In this document: one piece after another, positions 1-60,787 of the stretch
Position numbering within the stretch: position 1 is the first letter of the stretch
Layout of the letters: each line of letters begins with the position of its first letter
Source: Octopus sinensis
Lineage: Eukaryota
DNA length: 64,000 nucleotides
Direction of reading: 5' to 3'
Assembly: GCF_006345805.1 (NCBI RefSeq)
Contig: NC_043008.1
Location: 5,022,001 to 5,086,000 of the forward strand
Notes under the pieces: generated by a model
The model's input: the letters and a program-made list of their open reading frames with translations, nothing else
Told to the model about the DNA's origin: nothing
Databases searched by the model: none
Made by a program: the position numbers and the translations under genes

Positions 1-289
1 TTGATGATAGCTCAATTGCAAAAGCTTTAGACAGCTTTAAAATGGCCCAGGATAGAAACAAGAATTGGTATAAAGTATGTAATTCAGAGATTGTTTTTGT
101 TTTTTTATTTTATATAATTTATGTCTTTTCTTTGGAAGGAAAGGATCAACATCCTAATTTAATAAGGTCTACATTGCTTTTGTAACTGAACAGCTGCTGT
201 TTTTTCTCTTTCTTTTGTAAAAGTTAAGGGTGAACGGTTAGAGAATGAGATTCAGAAGTGATGTTATTTTTGGAGTCAAAATTTTACAT

Positions 290-460
290 AGGTGCAGGCA
301 TGGCTCTGTGGTAAGAAGTTTGCTTCCCAACCATATGGTTGCAGGCTCGATCCCACAGTGTAACACATTTGGCAAGTCTTTTTTACTATAGTTCCATGCC
401 AATCAAAGTGTTATGAGTGGATTTGATAGACAAAAACTCAAACTCATTGTATATATGTTT
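290..460 (+). mobile_element. tRNA-derived SINE family B, degraded 5' half
   Basis: A-box-like tggctctgtggtaag, B-box-like ggctcgatccc; similar to 14211. Confidence 0.6.
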
Positions 461-504
461 GGGACTCTTCTTTAACATAATCTGATAATTGTAAAGGAGT
501 GTAA

Positions 505-1470
505 AAGAATTCAAGACAGGATGCCCCTAGGAGCTCCTCTATGCTAATGACCTTTCTCTAATTGCTGAGTCACTATCAGAACTAGAGAAGTTTCATGTGT
601 TCTGCAAGGTCTAGAATTGAAGGGCCTTACAGTCAATCTAGCAAAACCCAAAGTCCTAATAAGTAGGAAGGCAGACAATTCACAAATCCCTTCAGGTAGA
701 TGGCCTTGCTCGATCTGTAAAAAAGCATAGGTAGAAACTCCATAAGATGTACCCAGTGCAAGCTATGGACACATAAGAGGTGCAGCAATATCAAAGGAAT
801 GTTAACTGGGAAGATAGTTTTTGTGTGTGGCAGATGCACAGGGGCAATAAACACTGAAAATGTGCAGAAAACAGCTTCCATCAAGTGCCAGGGGAAAAAA
901 AAACTAGAAGTAGTTGATAGCTTCTATTACGTAGGTGACCAAGTTGGTAGTGGAGGTGGTTGCTCTGAGAGTGTAGCTGCTAGAATAAGAATAGCCTGAG
1001 AGAAAAGTTGGACATAAGAAGCATCAAATGGGGGTGTGCTACAGAAGCCATTGTACTGGTATGGTCATGTGTTTACGTATGGATGAGGACAGCTGTGTGA
1101 AAAATGTCACACCCTAGCAGTAGAGGGAACCTGTAGAAGAGGTAGACCCAAGAAGACTTGAGATGTGAAGGTGAAGCACGACCTTTGAACGTTGGGCCTC
1201 ACAGAGGCGATGACAAGTGACCGAGACCTTTGGAAATATGCTGTGCTTGAGAAGACCTGGCAAGCCAAGTGAGACCATAAACATGGCCTATGCCAGTGCA
1301 GCATAACCAGTCCATTTAAGAGTAGCCTTCAATCATTGCGCAATAAACTGCGCTTGCGATGACCTGTTGAGTCAAGTGAAGTCATTGTTGTGGCCAATGC
1401 TAGTACCACCTGATTGGCACCTGTCCCTGTGGCATGTGAAAATCACCATTTGAGCATGGTTGTTGCTAGA
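505..1470 (+). mobile_element. RTE-clade LINE fragment (RT C-half with PHD insert, ORF end, start of 3' UTR), inactive
   Basis: ELLYA(N)DL, GL.VNLAKPKVL, CSIC...HKRC, LEVVDSFYYVG; stops and internal deletions. Confidence 0.9.
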
Positions 1471-1821
1471 AAAATTAGGAGAGAGACATTCATTATAGAT
1501 CAAATTTTAACCAAAAAAAAAAAGATAGTTTTGAATTAAGCAGTAAATGGATAGAATTTTAATTTCATTAATGACTAAATATGGGATCTGGCCACTTAAA
1601 TTTTTAACTCATTCAATGCCCCTTGTTATCAATGAGTAATACAAAGTGTAAGAGTGTTGTTGAGAAGTTTGAATCTGAATTTGAAGGATCGAAAGATGTT
1701 TAAGGGTATAGAAAATCCTTGTAGGGGTCTGTCAACTACCATGTCAGAACCTGTCACAAGGGTGAAAGAGAACAGTATGACTTCGACAGAAACCAGGATT
1801 GATCCACCATACCTTTGGTTT

Positions 1822-2376
1822 TATAGATGTTTTCGATCTAGTTTGGATTCTTTACAATCAAATTTGAATTTTTCAATTGGTGCTCAAGCCTTGAAAAAAA
1901 AAGAGTTAAACTACATCAGCCGTAAGGGAATACATGTCTATCTTATCTAACTCGTCCAGTAGAGCCCACCATTGATATCTGAAAAGTTCGATGAAATAAC
2001 TCATGAACACTGCGATAGCTTCTCGCAGAATATGTTCTTTTACGACGAACAGTCTGAACAAGGGAGATAATAGGAAAAGAATCATTCGTATATTATCTCC
2101 CCTTGTTCAGACTGGTCGACGACACGTAAATATGTTGAAGCATCTTTTGGTAGAAGCTATCGCAGTGTTCATGAGTTATTTCATCGAACTTTTCAGATAT
2201 CAATTGGTGGGCTCTACTGGACGAGTTAGATAAGATAGACATGTATTCCCTTACGGCTGATGTAGTTTAACTCTTTTTTTTTTCAAGGCTTGAGCACCAA
2301 TTAAAAAATTCAAATTTGATTGCAAAGAATTCAAATTCGATGGCAAAGAATCCAAACTAGATCGAAAACATCTATA
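1822..2376. mobile_element. Fold-back (whole-length palindromic) MITE, copy 1
   Basis: TA|TAGATGTTTT...AAAACATCTA|TA; arms complementary almost to the centre. Confidence 0.9.
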
Positions 2377-2640
2377 TGTCCTGTCTCCTTTGTCTCCTTC
2401 CATGTGTTCTTCAGAAATGTATTCATTTCTTACATAACAAACCTCCCTACATTCTGTATAATGAAACTACCATTCTCATTCTCGGTCTTATCAATTACCA
2501 GCCTCAGAGATAATATAGTTAATAGGCTGTCTTCAGATTAAAATAACTTTTTGTAAAATGTTGAAGGTGAAAGAAAATAGTTAAAACTAATCACTATTGT
2601 TTAACGAATAGCTTGTCTTTTAATCTCTGTCTCTTCACAG

Positions 2641-51530
<48,890 letters not shown>

Positions 51531-51553
51531 TGATTCCTGGTGCTTAAAGATGG

Positions 51554-52033
51554 AATAAATGTTTGAGAACGTAAAGAACTTTTGATCCAAACAAATAGAG
51601 ACTGTCTGTGCCCGTATTGGTTGTCAGCCAACTGTCAGGCTAACAAAACCAGAAGTGGACATAACCAAAAATAAAAATCACTCCCAGAGAACTATTGCCT
51701 GATAGAATCGGCTGGTCTTCATTTTTATCAATGAGTTTTAGAAATACAGAGATCTGTTCCTCTGTATTAATTTGGTGAATGTGGGGTTTATTTCCGCATA
51801 TCTTTATTATGCATAAAGCCACATGTTGTATGATTGTGCGACGTTGGTACTTTTTACTGAATGCAATCTATGCCGGCTACATGTGTGCCACATGTTGCAG
51901 TGTGGAAGTCACTTATTAGAGACAGGGGTGGGGCGATCATACCCTAAAGCTAGGCCTTCTCATAAACGTTCTTCAAGAGGTTTATGTGTTACCTTCATTG
52001 AAATCCATTACTTACCTTACACCAAGGAATAAA
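51554..52033 (+). promoter_or_regulatory. Candidate mTOR polyadenylation signals (AATAAA at 51554, 51670, 52028)
   Basis: Three AATAAA hexamers after the stop; which one is used cannot be told from sequence. Confidence 0.4.
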
Positions 52034-52083
52034 ACAAAAAAAAAACCAAAAAAACATAAGCTTGAGACTCTGCTCCAATTATT

Positions 52084-52621
52084 TATAGATGTTTTTGATC
52101 TAGTTTGAATTCTTTGCCATCGAATTTGGATTCTTTGCAATCAAATTTGAATTTTTTAATTGGTGCTCAAGCCTTGAAAAAGAAAAAGAGTTAAACTACA
52201 TCAGCCGAAAGGGAATACATGTCTATCTTATCTAACTCGTCCAGTAGAGCCCACCAATTGATATCTGAAAAGTTCGATGAAATAACTCATGAACACTGCG
52301 ATAGCTTCTACCAGAAGATGTTCTTTTACGACGAACAGTCTGAACAAGGGGAGATAATAGGAAAAGAATCATTCGTATATTATCTCCCCTTGTTCAGACT
52401 GGTCGACGACGTAAATATGTTGAAGCATCTTTTGGTAGAAGCTATCGCAGTGTTCATGAGTTATTTCATCGAACTTTTCAGATATCAATTGGTGGGCTCT
52501 ACTGGACGAGTTAGATAAGATAGACATGTATTCCCTTACGGCTGATGTAGTTTAACTCTTTTTTTTTTTTCAAGGCTTGAGCACCAATTAAAGAATTCAA
52601 ACTAGATCGAAAACATCTATA
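52084..52621. mobile_element. Fold-back MITE copy 3, full length, downstream of mTOR stop
   Basis: TA|TAGATG...CATCTA|TA with complementary arms. Confidence 0.92.
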
Positions 52622-54039
52622 TTTATATAATGAAACAATACTTCTTTTTTTGAAGTCCAGTTTACTAATCTGATGTATTATTATCTTGTGGGGGCCACTC
52701 ATTTATCTCCCCAATTCTCTGTGTATGCATGCGTGTGTGTGTGTGTGTGTGTGTGAAATAAGATGTAAATCTAAAATTTTTTTTTCTTTTCTTTACAATT
52801 GTAAATTATTTTAATAGCATCTCCTGATGATTAAACTGAGCTTTATTTAAAATTGGTCTCTTGACATGAATTGTTTGTGATATGTATCGCTAGCAGCCAA
52901 CTTAACAAAACCCAAAAGCATACTTGTTCAATTTCCTAAACCTTAAAAACACGTTAAAATGCTGCATTCATTATAAATTAAAGGAATTCATTACTCCCCC
53001 CCCCCCTCAGTATACTCTTTCTATATTAAACTAATTGGATTAGTTTTGTGTTTATATTTCAGGGGCATAGAGGGGGAGTGCGTGCAAAATTGCTTTAGCG
53101 ATTTTCACTGACAATTCAAGAAGGGATGAAATAAGGGATTAGCTATAAGGTTTATTTACTTTGCAGAAAGGTTTTTTTTTTTTTGTCTTAAACTCGTTAA
53201 GCAAAAAATAAGCTTTTTTTTTATCCGAATTTCTCTGTGTAGGAGAGAGATTGTTTAGTGAAACTAGAAGTACCAACATGATGTTCTCCTATTTCACATG
53301 AATCAAATTTTCTCTTTCATCAACAAGTGAAAAGAAAATGAAAATATGATTTGCTACATCAGAATATTAAAACTATCATTCCATTACCAATTTGTTCCTT
53401 TTTTTTTTCCATTACATTTTAATTTTCTTTAAAATGATTTTACACTAATTATTTTAGTTCTGTAATCAGATTTCTTATAATTAAAATTAAAATTGTTGGA
53501 AACAAAATCAATTATGGTATTATTAGGAAAGTTATTTGAGACAATGGTTTAACTATTGTCAGAATGTTTCATGATTAAAAAAAGACAAAAATTAAAAAAT
53601 TTGGTGGTGATCATTAAATTATAGTCTTGTAAATATTTTTAGAATTTTCTGCTTTAATTTGCTGCAGATACAGTAAGGTAACTCAGTGTGTGTGTGATTC
53701 TTAAATACAATTATTATATGCATATAATTTCTATTTGGCTGTTGACTCATTATTTCAGAATTCCAAGTGATGGAAGAGTACTTCTGTGTTTTCTCAAGCT
53801 TCTCTGAATTATATTCGCAGACTGATGGTTCTTCAACTGTTAAATTCTGTGGTGTTTATCCAATGTATCTTTTATTTGATAACACCTGATTGATTTGAGA
53901 GTCTTCAACCTGTTTAATATCATCTTTTTGGTTTAATTATTTCTGCTGATTGTCCCACCACCACCACCACTAACCCCATCTGATTGTACAAACAGTTCAT
54001 TTTAGTGAATTATAATTGAATGTGTTTAATTATTATAAT

Positions 54040-54470
54040 TAAGGTGGCAGGCTGCGAGACTTATTTCCACACCAGACAAAATGTGGCAGCATCTGTTCCC
54101 GCTTTACATTCTGAGTTCAAATCCCGCTGAAGTTGACTTTGCCTTCCATCCTTTTGGGGTCAGTGAACTAAGTATCGGTTGAGTACTAGGGTTGATGTAA
54201 TTGACTGGTTCCCTCCCCCAAATTTCAGGTTTTGTGCCTATAGTGGAAAAGATTATCGTTATTATTGTTATCATTATTGAGGCAGTCAGACAGCAGAATT
54301 GTTAGCAACATTCCTTTCAGCTCTTTACATTCTGAGCTCAAATCCTACCAATGTTAGCTTAGCCTTTCATCCTTCAAGTGTAAGTCAAGTGCTTGAGATT
54401 TGATGTATTTGGCTGACCCCTTCACCTCAGAATTGTGGGCCTTTTGCCAAAATTAGGATTATTTTACAAA
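54040..54470 (+). mobile_element. Two diverged SINE family C copies
   Basis: ttctgagttcaaatcc and gttgactttgccttccatcc cores. Confidence 0.65.
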
Positions 54471-54982
54471 ACTTACCATGATTGGAAGTTTCTCCTTCTT
54501 TCTAGCTTTTTGATTTCCTGTTTTTCATTTTTCTATATAGACAAAAAAGAAGCAAACAACAAATTTATTGGAATCCCTCCCCACAGGCTATCAGTCACTG
54601 TTCACTATTTTATTTTATACGTATTGTTGTACATCTTCTTTAAGTGGGTGTATATATAGCAATCTTACCAAATTTCTGTTGAAATGCTCTTCTATTTCAA
54701 TTAATCTTGAATATAATGAAATCTCTAGTAAAATAATTTTATTATTCATCTGGGACATGGAGCACAAATTAACATGAAGTTTTGAAGGAAGGTTTTACTT
54801 TCAATCCCTTTAAAACGGGAGGATTATATCATAAGCAGGGTTGATCTGAGGCAGATTACTATCAAAAGGGTTAAGCTGTGACGTACTGTCATCATCTTCG
54901 TGTAAGAAACAAAATAATCAACACCGTCTGTCTCCCCAAATCATTCTGATATTTATTTAGATGAGGTAGTAGTAGTAATAAT

Positions 54983-55560
54983 AATAATGCCCTGATGCAG
55001 TACCAGGCAGTGGCTCTCATGGCTTCTGATCTTAACTGATTGGAAGTGTTATCATGTACATTGTTTTGTCTTGGTATAAAAGATGGGTTACAGCAAATAT
55101 TCTGCTCAATACCACAGATTTGCTTGTCAGTTGTTTGACCATAACCAGTTGAGCAAGTCCCTTAGTGGCTGACGATATGTGCATCTCTGATCATGAGCAG
55201 AAGTAGTGGAGGAGCATCATAGCCATGTGTTGAGAGGGATTCTTTGGGGTTTGAATGATTCACCTCTGGAAATATGGGTGTTTTGTTCAACATCCTTAAA
55301 CAACCCTTATTCAAAGACCTTTTGAGTGGGTTGGATTACTTGACCAGAAGAAAATTCTAACTGGGCCCCACCTGTAAGGTCATATGCTGCTTATCGTGAT
55401 ATAAGATCACCATGTTGCGCACATATGGTTGTGATGCATGTGCCTAGTGTACCCTTATCAGACGGGTAGTCATGATTGGTATACTGGGCTTTGTATATTT
55501 TACCCCTGTGTCACTTTGATGGCATGCACTGCTCTTTCACTCAATAATAATAATAATGAT
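54983..55560 (+). mobile_element. Probable retroposon 3' end flanked by (AAT)n; family unassigned
   Basis: GC-richer non-coding block ending cactcaataataataataatgat. Confidence 0.45.
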
Positions 55561-55574
55561 GATGATGGTAGTGG

Positions 55575-56600
55575 GGAAGGACAAGTTTTAGCGAAACTGC
55601 CTTAACACGGCATAGCACAACATGCCAAGGAGCCTTAACTTGGCACGGCACAACAGGAAGGAGCATCAACTTGTCATGACATGACAGAACCTTAACTCAG
55701 CACAGGATTGACAAATTTTAGCAAACTACCTTAACACGGCTCAACAAGAATGACGAGTTTTAGCAACCTGCCTTAGCATGGCTTGACAGGAAGGAAAGTT
55801 TTAGCAAATTGCCGTAACACGGCATGCATGACATGACAGAACCTTAACTCAGCACAGCATGGACAAGTTTTAGCAAACTACCTTAACACGGCTTGACAGG
55901 AAGGAAAGATTTAGCAAACTGCTTCAACTTGGCATGGCATAACATGATGGGAAGGACAAGTTTTAGCAACCTGCCTTAACACAGCTTGACAGGAAGGAGA
56001 GTTTTAGCAAATTGCCTTAAGACAGCATGGCATTACCGGAAGGACAATTTTTAGCAAACTGCCTTAACTTGGCACGGCTCGACGGGTAAGAACCTTAACT
56101 CAGCACAACATTACATAACAAGAATGAGCCTTAACTCGACACGATGGCATGTAGCCTTAACTTGGCACAGCATGACATGCTTGGTAGGAGCCTTAACTTA
56201 ACTTGACCTTCCAGTTGTACTGAGCTTTTACAAACTTGGCATTTCACAGGATGATGAGAAGGACAAGTTTTAGCAAGCTGCCTTAAGTTGGCATCGTGCA
56301 ATGGGAAGGATCCTCAACTTGGCACATCACAATGGGAGAGAACCTTAACCCTGCACAACACGACAGGACAAGAAGGAGCCTTAATGTGGCGAGTTACAAC
56401 AAACCTGGAAGAAGCTTTAACTCAGCATGGCACACAACGATGGGAAAATAAGTTTTAGCAAACTGCCTTAACTTGGCACAGAACGACACACCAGGAAGAA
56501 GCCTTAGCTCGGCTTGGCACAACAGGAAGGACAAGTTTTAGCAAACTGCCTTGGCACAGCATGGCACAACAGGTAGGAGTATTCACGAGACATGGCACGG
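55575..56600. repeat. ~1-kb degenerate minisatellite with core AAGTTTTAGCAAACTGCCTTAAC
   Basis: About 12 long cores plus many short CCTTAACTYRGCAC units. Confidence 0.9.
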
Positions 56601-56825
56601 ACATGTTTTAGTAAATCAATCTCTGACTCAGTCACACTATTTATAGTGATTAATCACACTAATTATGCTGAAGCAAATTCTGTGATTAACCCAGAGACCC
56701 AGAGATCGCACTCCCATCCACCAATTAACCAACAGTTATATTCACTCACCCTATCTGAGTTAATCATACTATATATATATATATATATGTTACTTGAAAT
56801 ATAGTGACATCTTATCCAGAAAAAA

Positions 56826-57085
56826 TAAATAACAAAGTCTTGGTCACTAGTCATTGCTTCACCACCTTGTCCCATGTCTTCCTGGGCCTGCCTCTACCTT
56901 AAACTCCCTCTACAGTTAGAGATCAGCACTTCCTTACACAACTGTCCTCATCCATATGCACCACATGACCTTACCAGTGTAGTCGTCTCTCTTGCACACC
57001 ACATCTGATGCCTCTTATGCCTAGCTTTTCTCTCAAGATGCTTTACACTCTGTCGAACATATACACTGACATTGCACATCCAGCA
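56826..57085 (-). mobile_element. RTE ORF C-terminal fragment
   Basis: Similar to 22560-22800 (ggtgtgcaagagagacgactacactgg on the minus strand). Confidence 0.75.
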
Positions 57086-57794
57086 ATATATATATATATA
57101 TATATATCATTTAGTTTTTGTTTTCTAGTTCTGTTTTATATCAATAAAATTTAAAAAGTAAAGTCACTGAAATGAAATTCCTCAAAATATATTGCTTTCA
57201 CATTTTGGCACAATGCCCGCAATTTTAGTGGGAGATGTTAGTCAATTATATCAAACTCAGTGTTAAACTGGTGCTTATCTTGCCAATATTGAAAGGATAA
57301 AAGTGAAATTGACTTTGGCAAAATTTGAAAGTGGAACAAAAAAAGCAGAAATGAAAAATAAAAAAAATATTTTATTGGAAAATAAGAATTTAAAATGTGA
57401 AATAATTCTTTTTAGGAATGGTGAGTCTTAAAGTAAATATAGCCATTCTTAAAAAGAATTTCACATTCTCTCTCAGTTTCTAAATTCTTATATTAACAGA
57501 CATTTTTTTTCTTGTAAGAATAAACTTCCTCAAATGAATAGAGAAACTCAAAGGATTATTTGTAGTCAACGGTAAACTCCCTGAAGATGTGGGTTCATGC
57601 CCAACAAGTAGCCTTTCACTTTTACTAGCCAAAGAATTTTTTATTCAATACTTACATGCTATTATTTATAGTTTTATTTCCTTCAAGATCCACTGTTCCA
57701 AAAAATTTTTTTTTAATTTATCTACCTTTGGTACACAGAAACTGAAGAAAACCCATCAGATATATTATATATACACACACGTGTGTGTATGTAT

Positions 57795-58020
57795 ATATAT
57801 ATATATATACATACACGTGTGTGTATGTGTTTGTCCCCCATCACTGCTTGACAACTGGTGTTGGTTCATTTACATCCCTGTACCTTAGCAATTCAGTAAA
57901 ATAGACTAATAGAATAAGCTCTAGGCTTCAAAACAAAAATACGGAGTTTGATTTAACTAAACTTCTTGAAGGTGGTGCTCCAGTATGGCCACAGTCTAAT
58001 GACAGAAACAAGTAAAAGAT
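57795..58020 (+). mobile_element. SINE family B, 3' half
   Basis: tgtttgtccccc...ggtggtgctccagtatggccacagtc..gaaacaagtaaaaga. Confidence 0.75.
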
Positions 58021-58275
58021 TAATATTTTACAACTCTCCCTTCCACCCTATGCATGTGTGATGTAGCATTCATTTCCAAACCCAAGGTTTGCTGTGCTAA
58101 CGGCATGTTCTGTGGATTGGTGCTTCCATGAAAAGCAACTGTAATTTTTCACTTCAATTCATTTATTTTGACCACAAAATTACAGCAAATTACAAAGTAT
58201 AAACAAAGCAAGTAGAGGGAAAGACATTTCTGGTCGTCGCTTGGTGACAAGGACCAAGCCTGACGGCAAGATGTC

Positions 58276-58545
58276 ATCATCATCATCATCGTTTAGCGTC
58301 CGCTTTCCATGCTAGCATGGGTTGGACGGGTCAACTGGGGTCTGTGAAGCTGGAAGGCTTCGTCAGGCCCAGTCAGATCTGGCAGTGTTTCTACGGCTGG
58401 ATGCCCTTCCTAACGCCAACCACTCCGCGAGTGTAGTGGGTGTTTTTTACGTGCCACCTGCACAGGTGCCAGACAGAGCTGGCGAACGGCCACGAACGGA
58501 TGGTGCTTTTACGTGCCACCGACACGGGGCCGGCAATGTGTATGT
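58276..58545 (-). mobile_element. RTE 3'-UTR-only copy
   Basis: Tail plus modules. Confidence 0.83.
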
Positions 58546-58586
58546 GTGAATATATATTGTGGTTGTATGGTGAGAAGTTTGCTTGA

Positions 58587-59183
58587 GGGACGCCTCCCCC
58601 TCGCAAGTGTCAACCGGGCCATATCAAAAAGAACTGCCCTAAGGACCAAAATAAGGTCCTGGAGCAGTTGATAAAGATACCACTCTCTGCTCCCTCACTG
58701 GAGGGAGAGAAGGTGGAAACCTCGAAAAAAAGAAAAAAACGAAAGGTGGGCAACAATGGTTGCCCACCGAAGGATCCAAAGGCTGCAGAAGGGAGGGAGG
58801 ATCTGCTGGACAAAGCGGAGGAACTCCACCTTCCCATGGCTCAAAGGAAGAAAAAGAAAAACAGGACATTGCCGGCATGTCCCAAAGCACCATCGGTGGG
58901 AGTTGTGCCACCAAAGGTGGAAACTGTACATCCCCCCCCCCATGATATGGAGGAGGAATTTGTGGTCCTTTTCCATAAGGGAGAGACATTGGAGGGCTTT
59001 GTTAAGAAGTTTAAAATGAAGGGCCAAAGGGAGGGGATTCTGCCCTGCATGGAGGACAGTGACTGGGCAGCGAAGGTCATGGGGGAAGAGCGACCTGTTC
59101 AGGATAATACACTCCTCACCCAAGGATACCTTCAGAGTCATGCTAAATTGGCCCGACTTGGTGCCATCCAGATGTTTAGCTGA
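58587..59183 (+). pseudogene. Probable retroelement ORF1/gag-like fragment, 198 open codons, with degenerate zinc knuckle
   Basis: Frame open from 58587: PPPRKCQPGHIKKNCP, then Lys-rich clusters; GC-rich island; no ATG at the start. Confidence 0.5.
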
Positions 59184-59334
59184 GGCGAGAAGTCTGGTCA
59201 GACATGAAGATTTGTAACTAAGGTAAGCGGCTTGGTGTATTGTTTCATTGATTTATAATTGACTTGTGTGAAAGGTTTATTGCCGCCTTGATCTTTTGCT
59301 ATATAAGAGGTTTGTAGCCTCAAATATGGTACTT

Positions 59335-59800
59335 CATCATCATCATCATTTAACGTCCGTTTTCCATGCTAGCATGGGTTGGACGGTTCGACCGGGGTCT
59401 GGGAGGCCAGAAGGCTGCACCAGGCTCCAGTCTGATCTGGCAGTGTTTCTTCAGCTGGATGCCTTTCCTAACACCAACCACTCTGTGAGTGTAGTGGGTG
59501 CTTTTTATGTGACACCGGCACAGGTGCCAGGGGATGCTGGCAGCGGCCACGATCGGTTGGTGCTTTTTACGTGCCACCGGCACAGAAGCCAGTCAAGGCG
59601 GCGCTGGCATTGGCCACGTTCGGACGGTACTTTTTACGTGCTGCCGGCTCAGGTATCACAACTACAATTTCCATTTGATATTTATTTTGATGTTGATATA
59701 CTTGGCTCAAGCACAGCAGGTCACCCTACGATCCAAGGTAAGCACAGCAGGTCATTCTGCAATTCAAGGTACTTTGGATGGGCTGGGGCTATGCGAAAAC
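59335..59800 (-). mobile_element. RTE 3'-UTR copy (young subtype)
   Basis: Highly similar to 45110-45580. Confidence 0.87.
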
Positions 59801-60127
59801 TGGTGCTTATAAAGAGCAATGTGGTCGGGTAAACAGCAATCGGCGGGCATTGCTGTTGCCTTTGTTATTGTCATATCATCAATCACTTCATCTCATGTCT
59901 TCTTCGTCCAGCCCGCAGCTTCCTTTCTTTGTAAGGCCCTTGTGGCCAGTTTAATGGATAAAAGAAGCTTGCTTCCCAATGGTTTAGGGTTCAACTCTGT
60001 TGGCATGCTACCTTGGGCAAGTCTCTTCTACTATAGCCTCAGGTTGACCAAAACTTTGTGAGTGGATCTGGTCGATGGAAACTGAAAGAAGCTCATCACA
60101 CACACACACACACACACATGTATATAT

Positions 60128-60750
60128 ATATATATATATATCATCATCATCATTGTTTATAGTTGTGATACTTGTGCTGATAGTACATGACCTGCTGTGC
60201 TTGAAGAGACCTATTGAGTCAAGTACATCAACATCAAAAACTCAAATGGAAATTGTAGATGTAATACCTGTGCCGGTGGCACGTAAAAGGCACCATCCGA
60301 ACGTGACTGATGCCAGTGCCACCTTGACTGGCTTCTGTACCAGTGGCACATGACCTGCTGTGCTTGAGGAGACCTATTGAGTCAAGTACATAAATATCAA
60401 ATGGAAATTGTAGTTGTGATACCTGGGCCGGTGGCACGTAAAAGGATCCATCCGAACGTGGCCGATGCCAGCACCACCTTGACTGACTTCTGTGCCAGTG
60501 GCACGTAAAAAGCACCAACTGATCGTGGTCGCTGCCAGCATCCCCTGGCACCTGTGCCGGTAGCATGTAAAAAGCACCCACTACACTCATAGAGTGGTTG
60601 GCGTTAGGAAGGGCATCCAGCTGTAGAAAAACTGCCAGATCAGACTGGAGCCTGGTGCAGCCTCCTGGCTTCCCAGACCCTGGTCGAACTGTCCAACCCA
60701 TGCTAGCATGGAAAATGGATGTTAAACGATGATGATGATTATCATCATCA
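60128..60750 (+). mobile_element. RTE 3'-UTR copy with duplicated block, inverted relative to 59335
   Basis: catgacctgctgtgcttgag..gagacctattgagtcaagtaca occurs twice; (ATG)n tail. Confidence 0.87.
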
Positions 60751-60753
60751 TTG

Positions 60754-60787
<34 letters not shown>

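Noticed and set aside
1560-2540. Degraded CR1/L2 endonuclease on the minus strand around fold-back copy 1
   Set aside because: Only weak hints (YVRN, VVDRP); too decayed to support without alignment.
52219-52518. 99-aa ORF within the fold-back element as a real protein
   Set aside because: The frame is broken in copy 1, the mirror frame stops after about 52 codons, and there is no recognisable domain.
55575-56600. CRISPR array (core contains GTTTTAG)
   Set aside because: Eukaryotic context, no cas genes, degenerate repeats, and linkers that are related to each other and of very unequal length.
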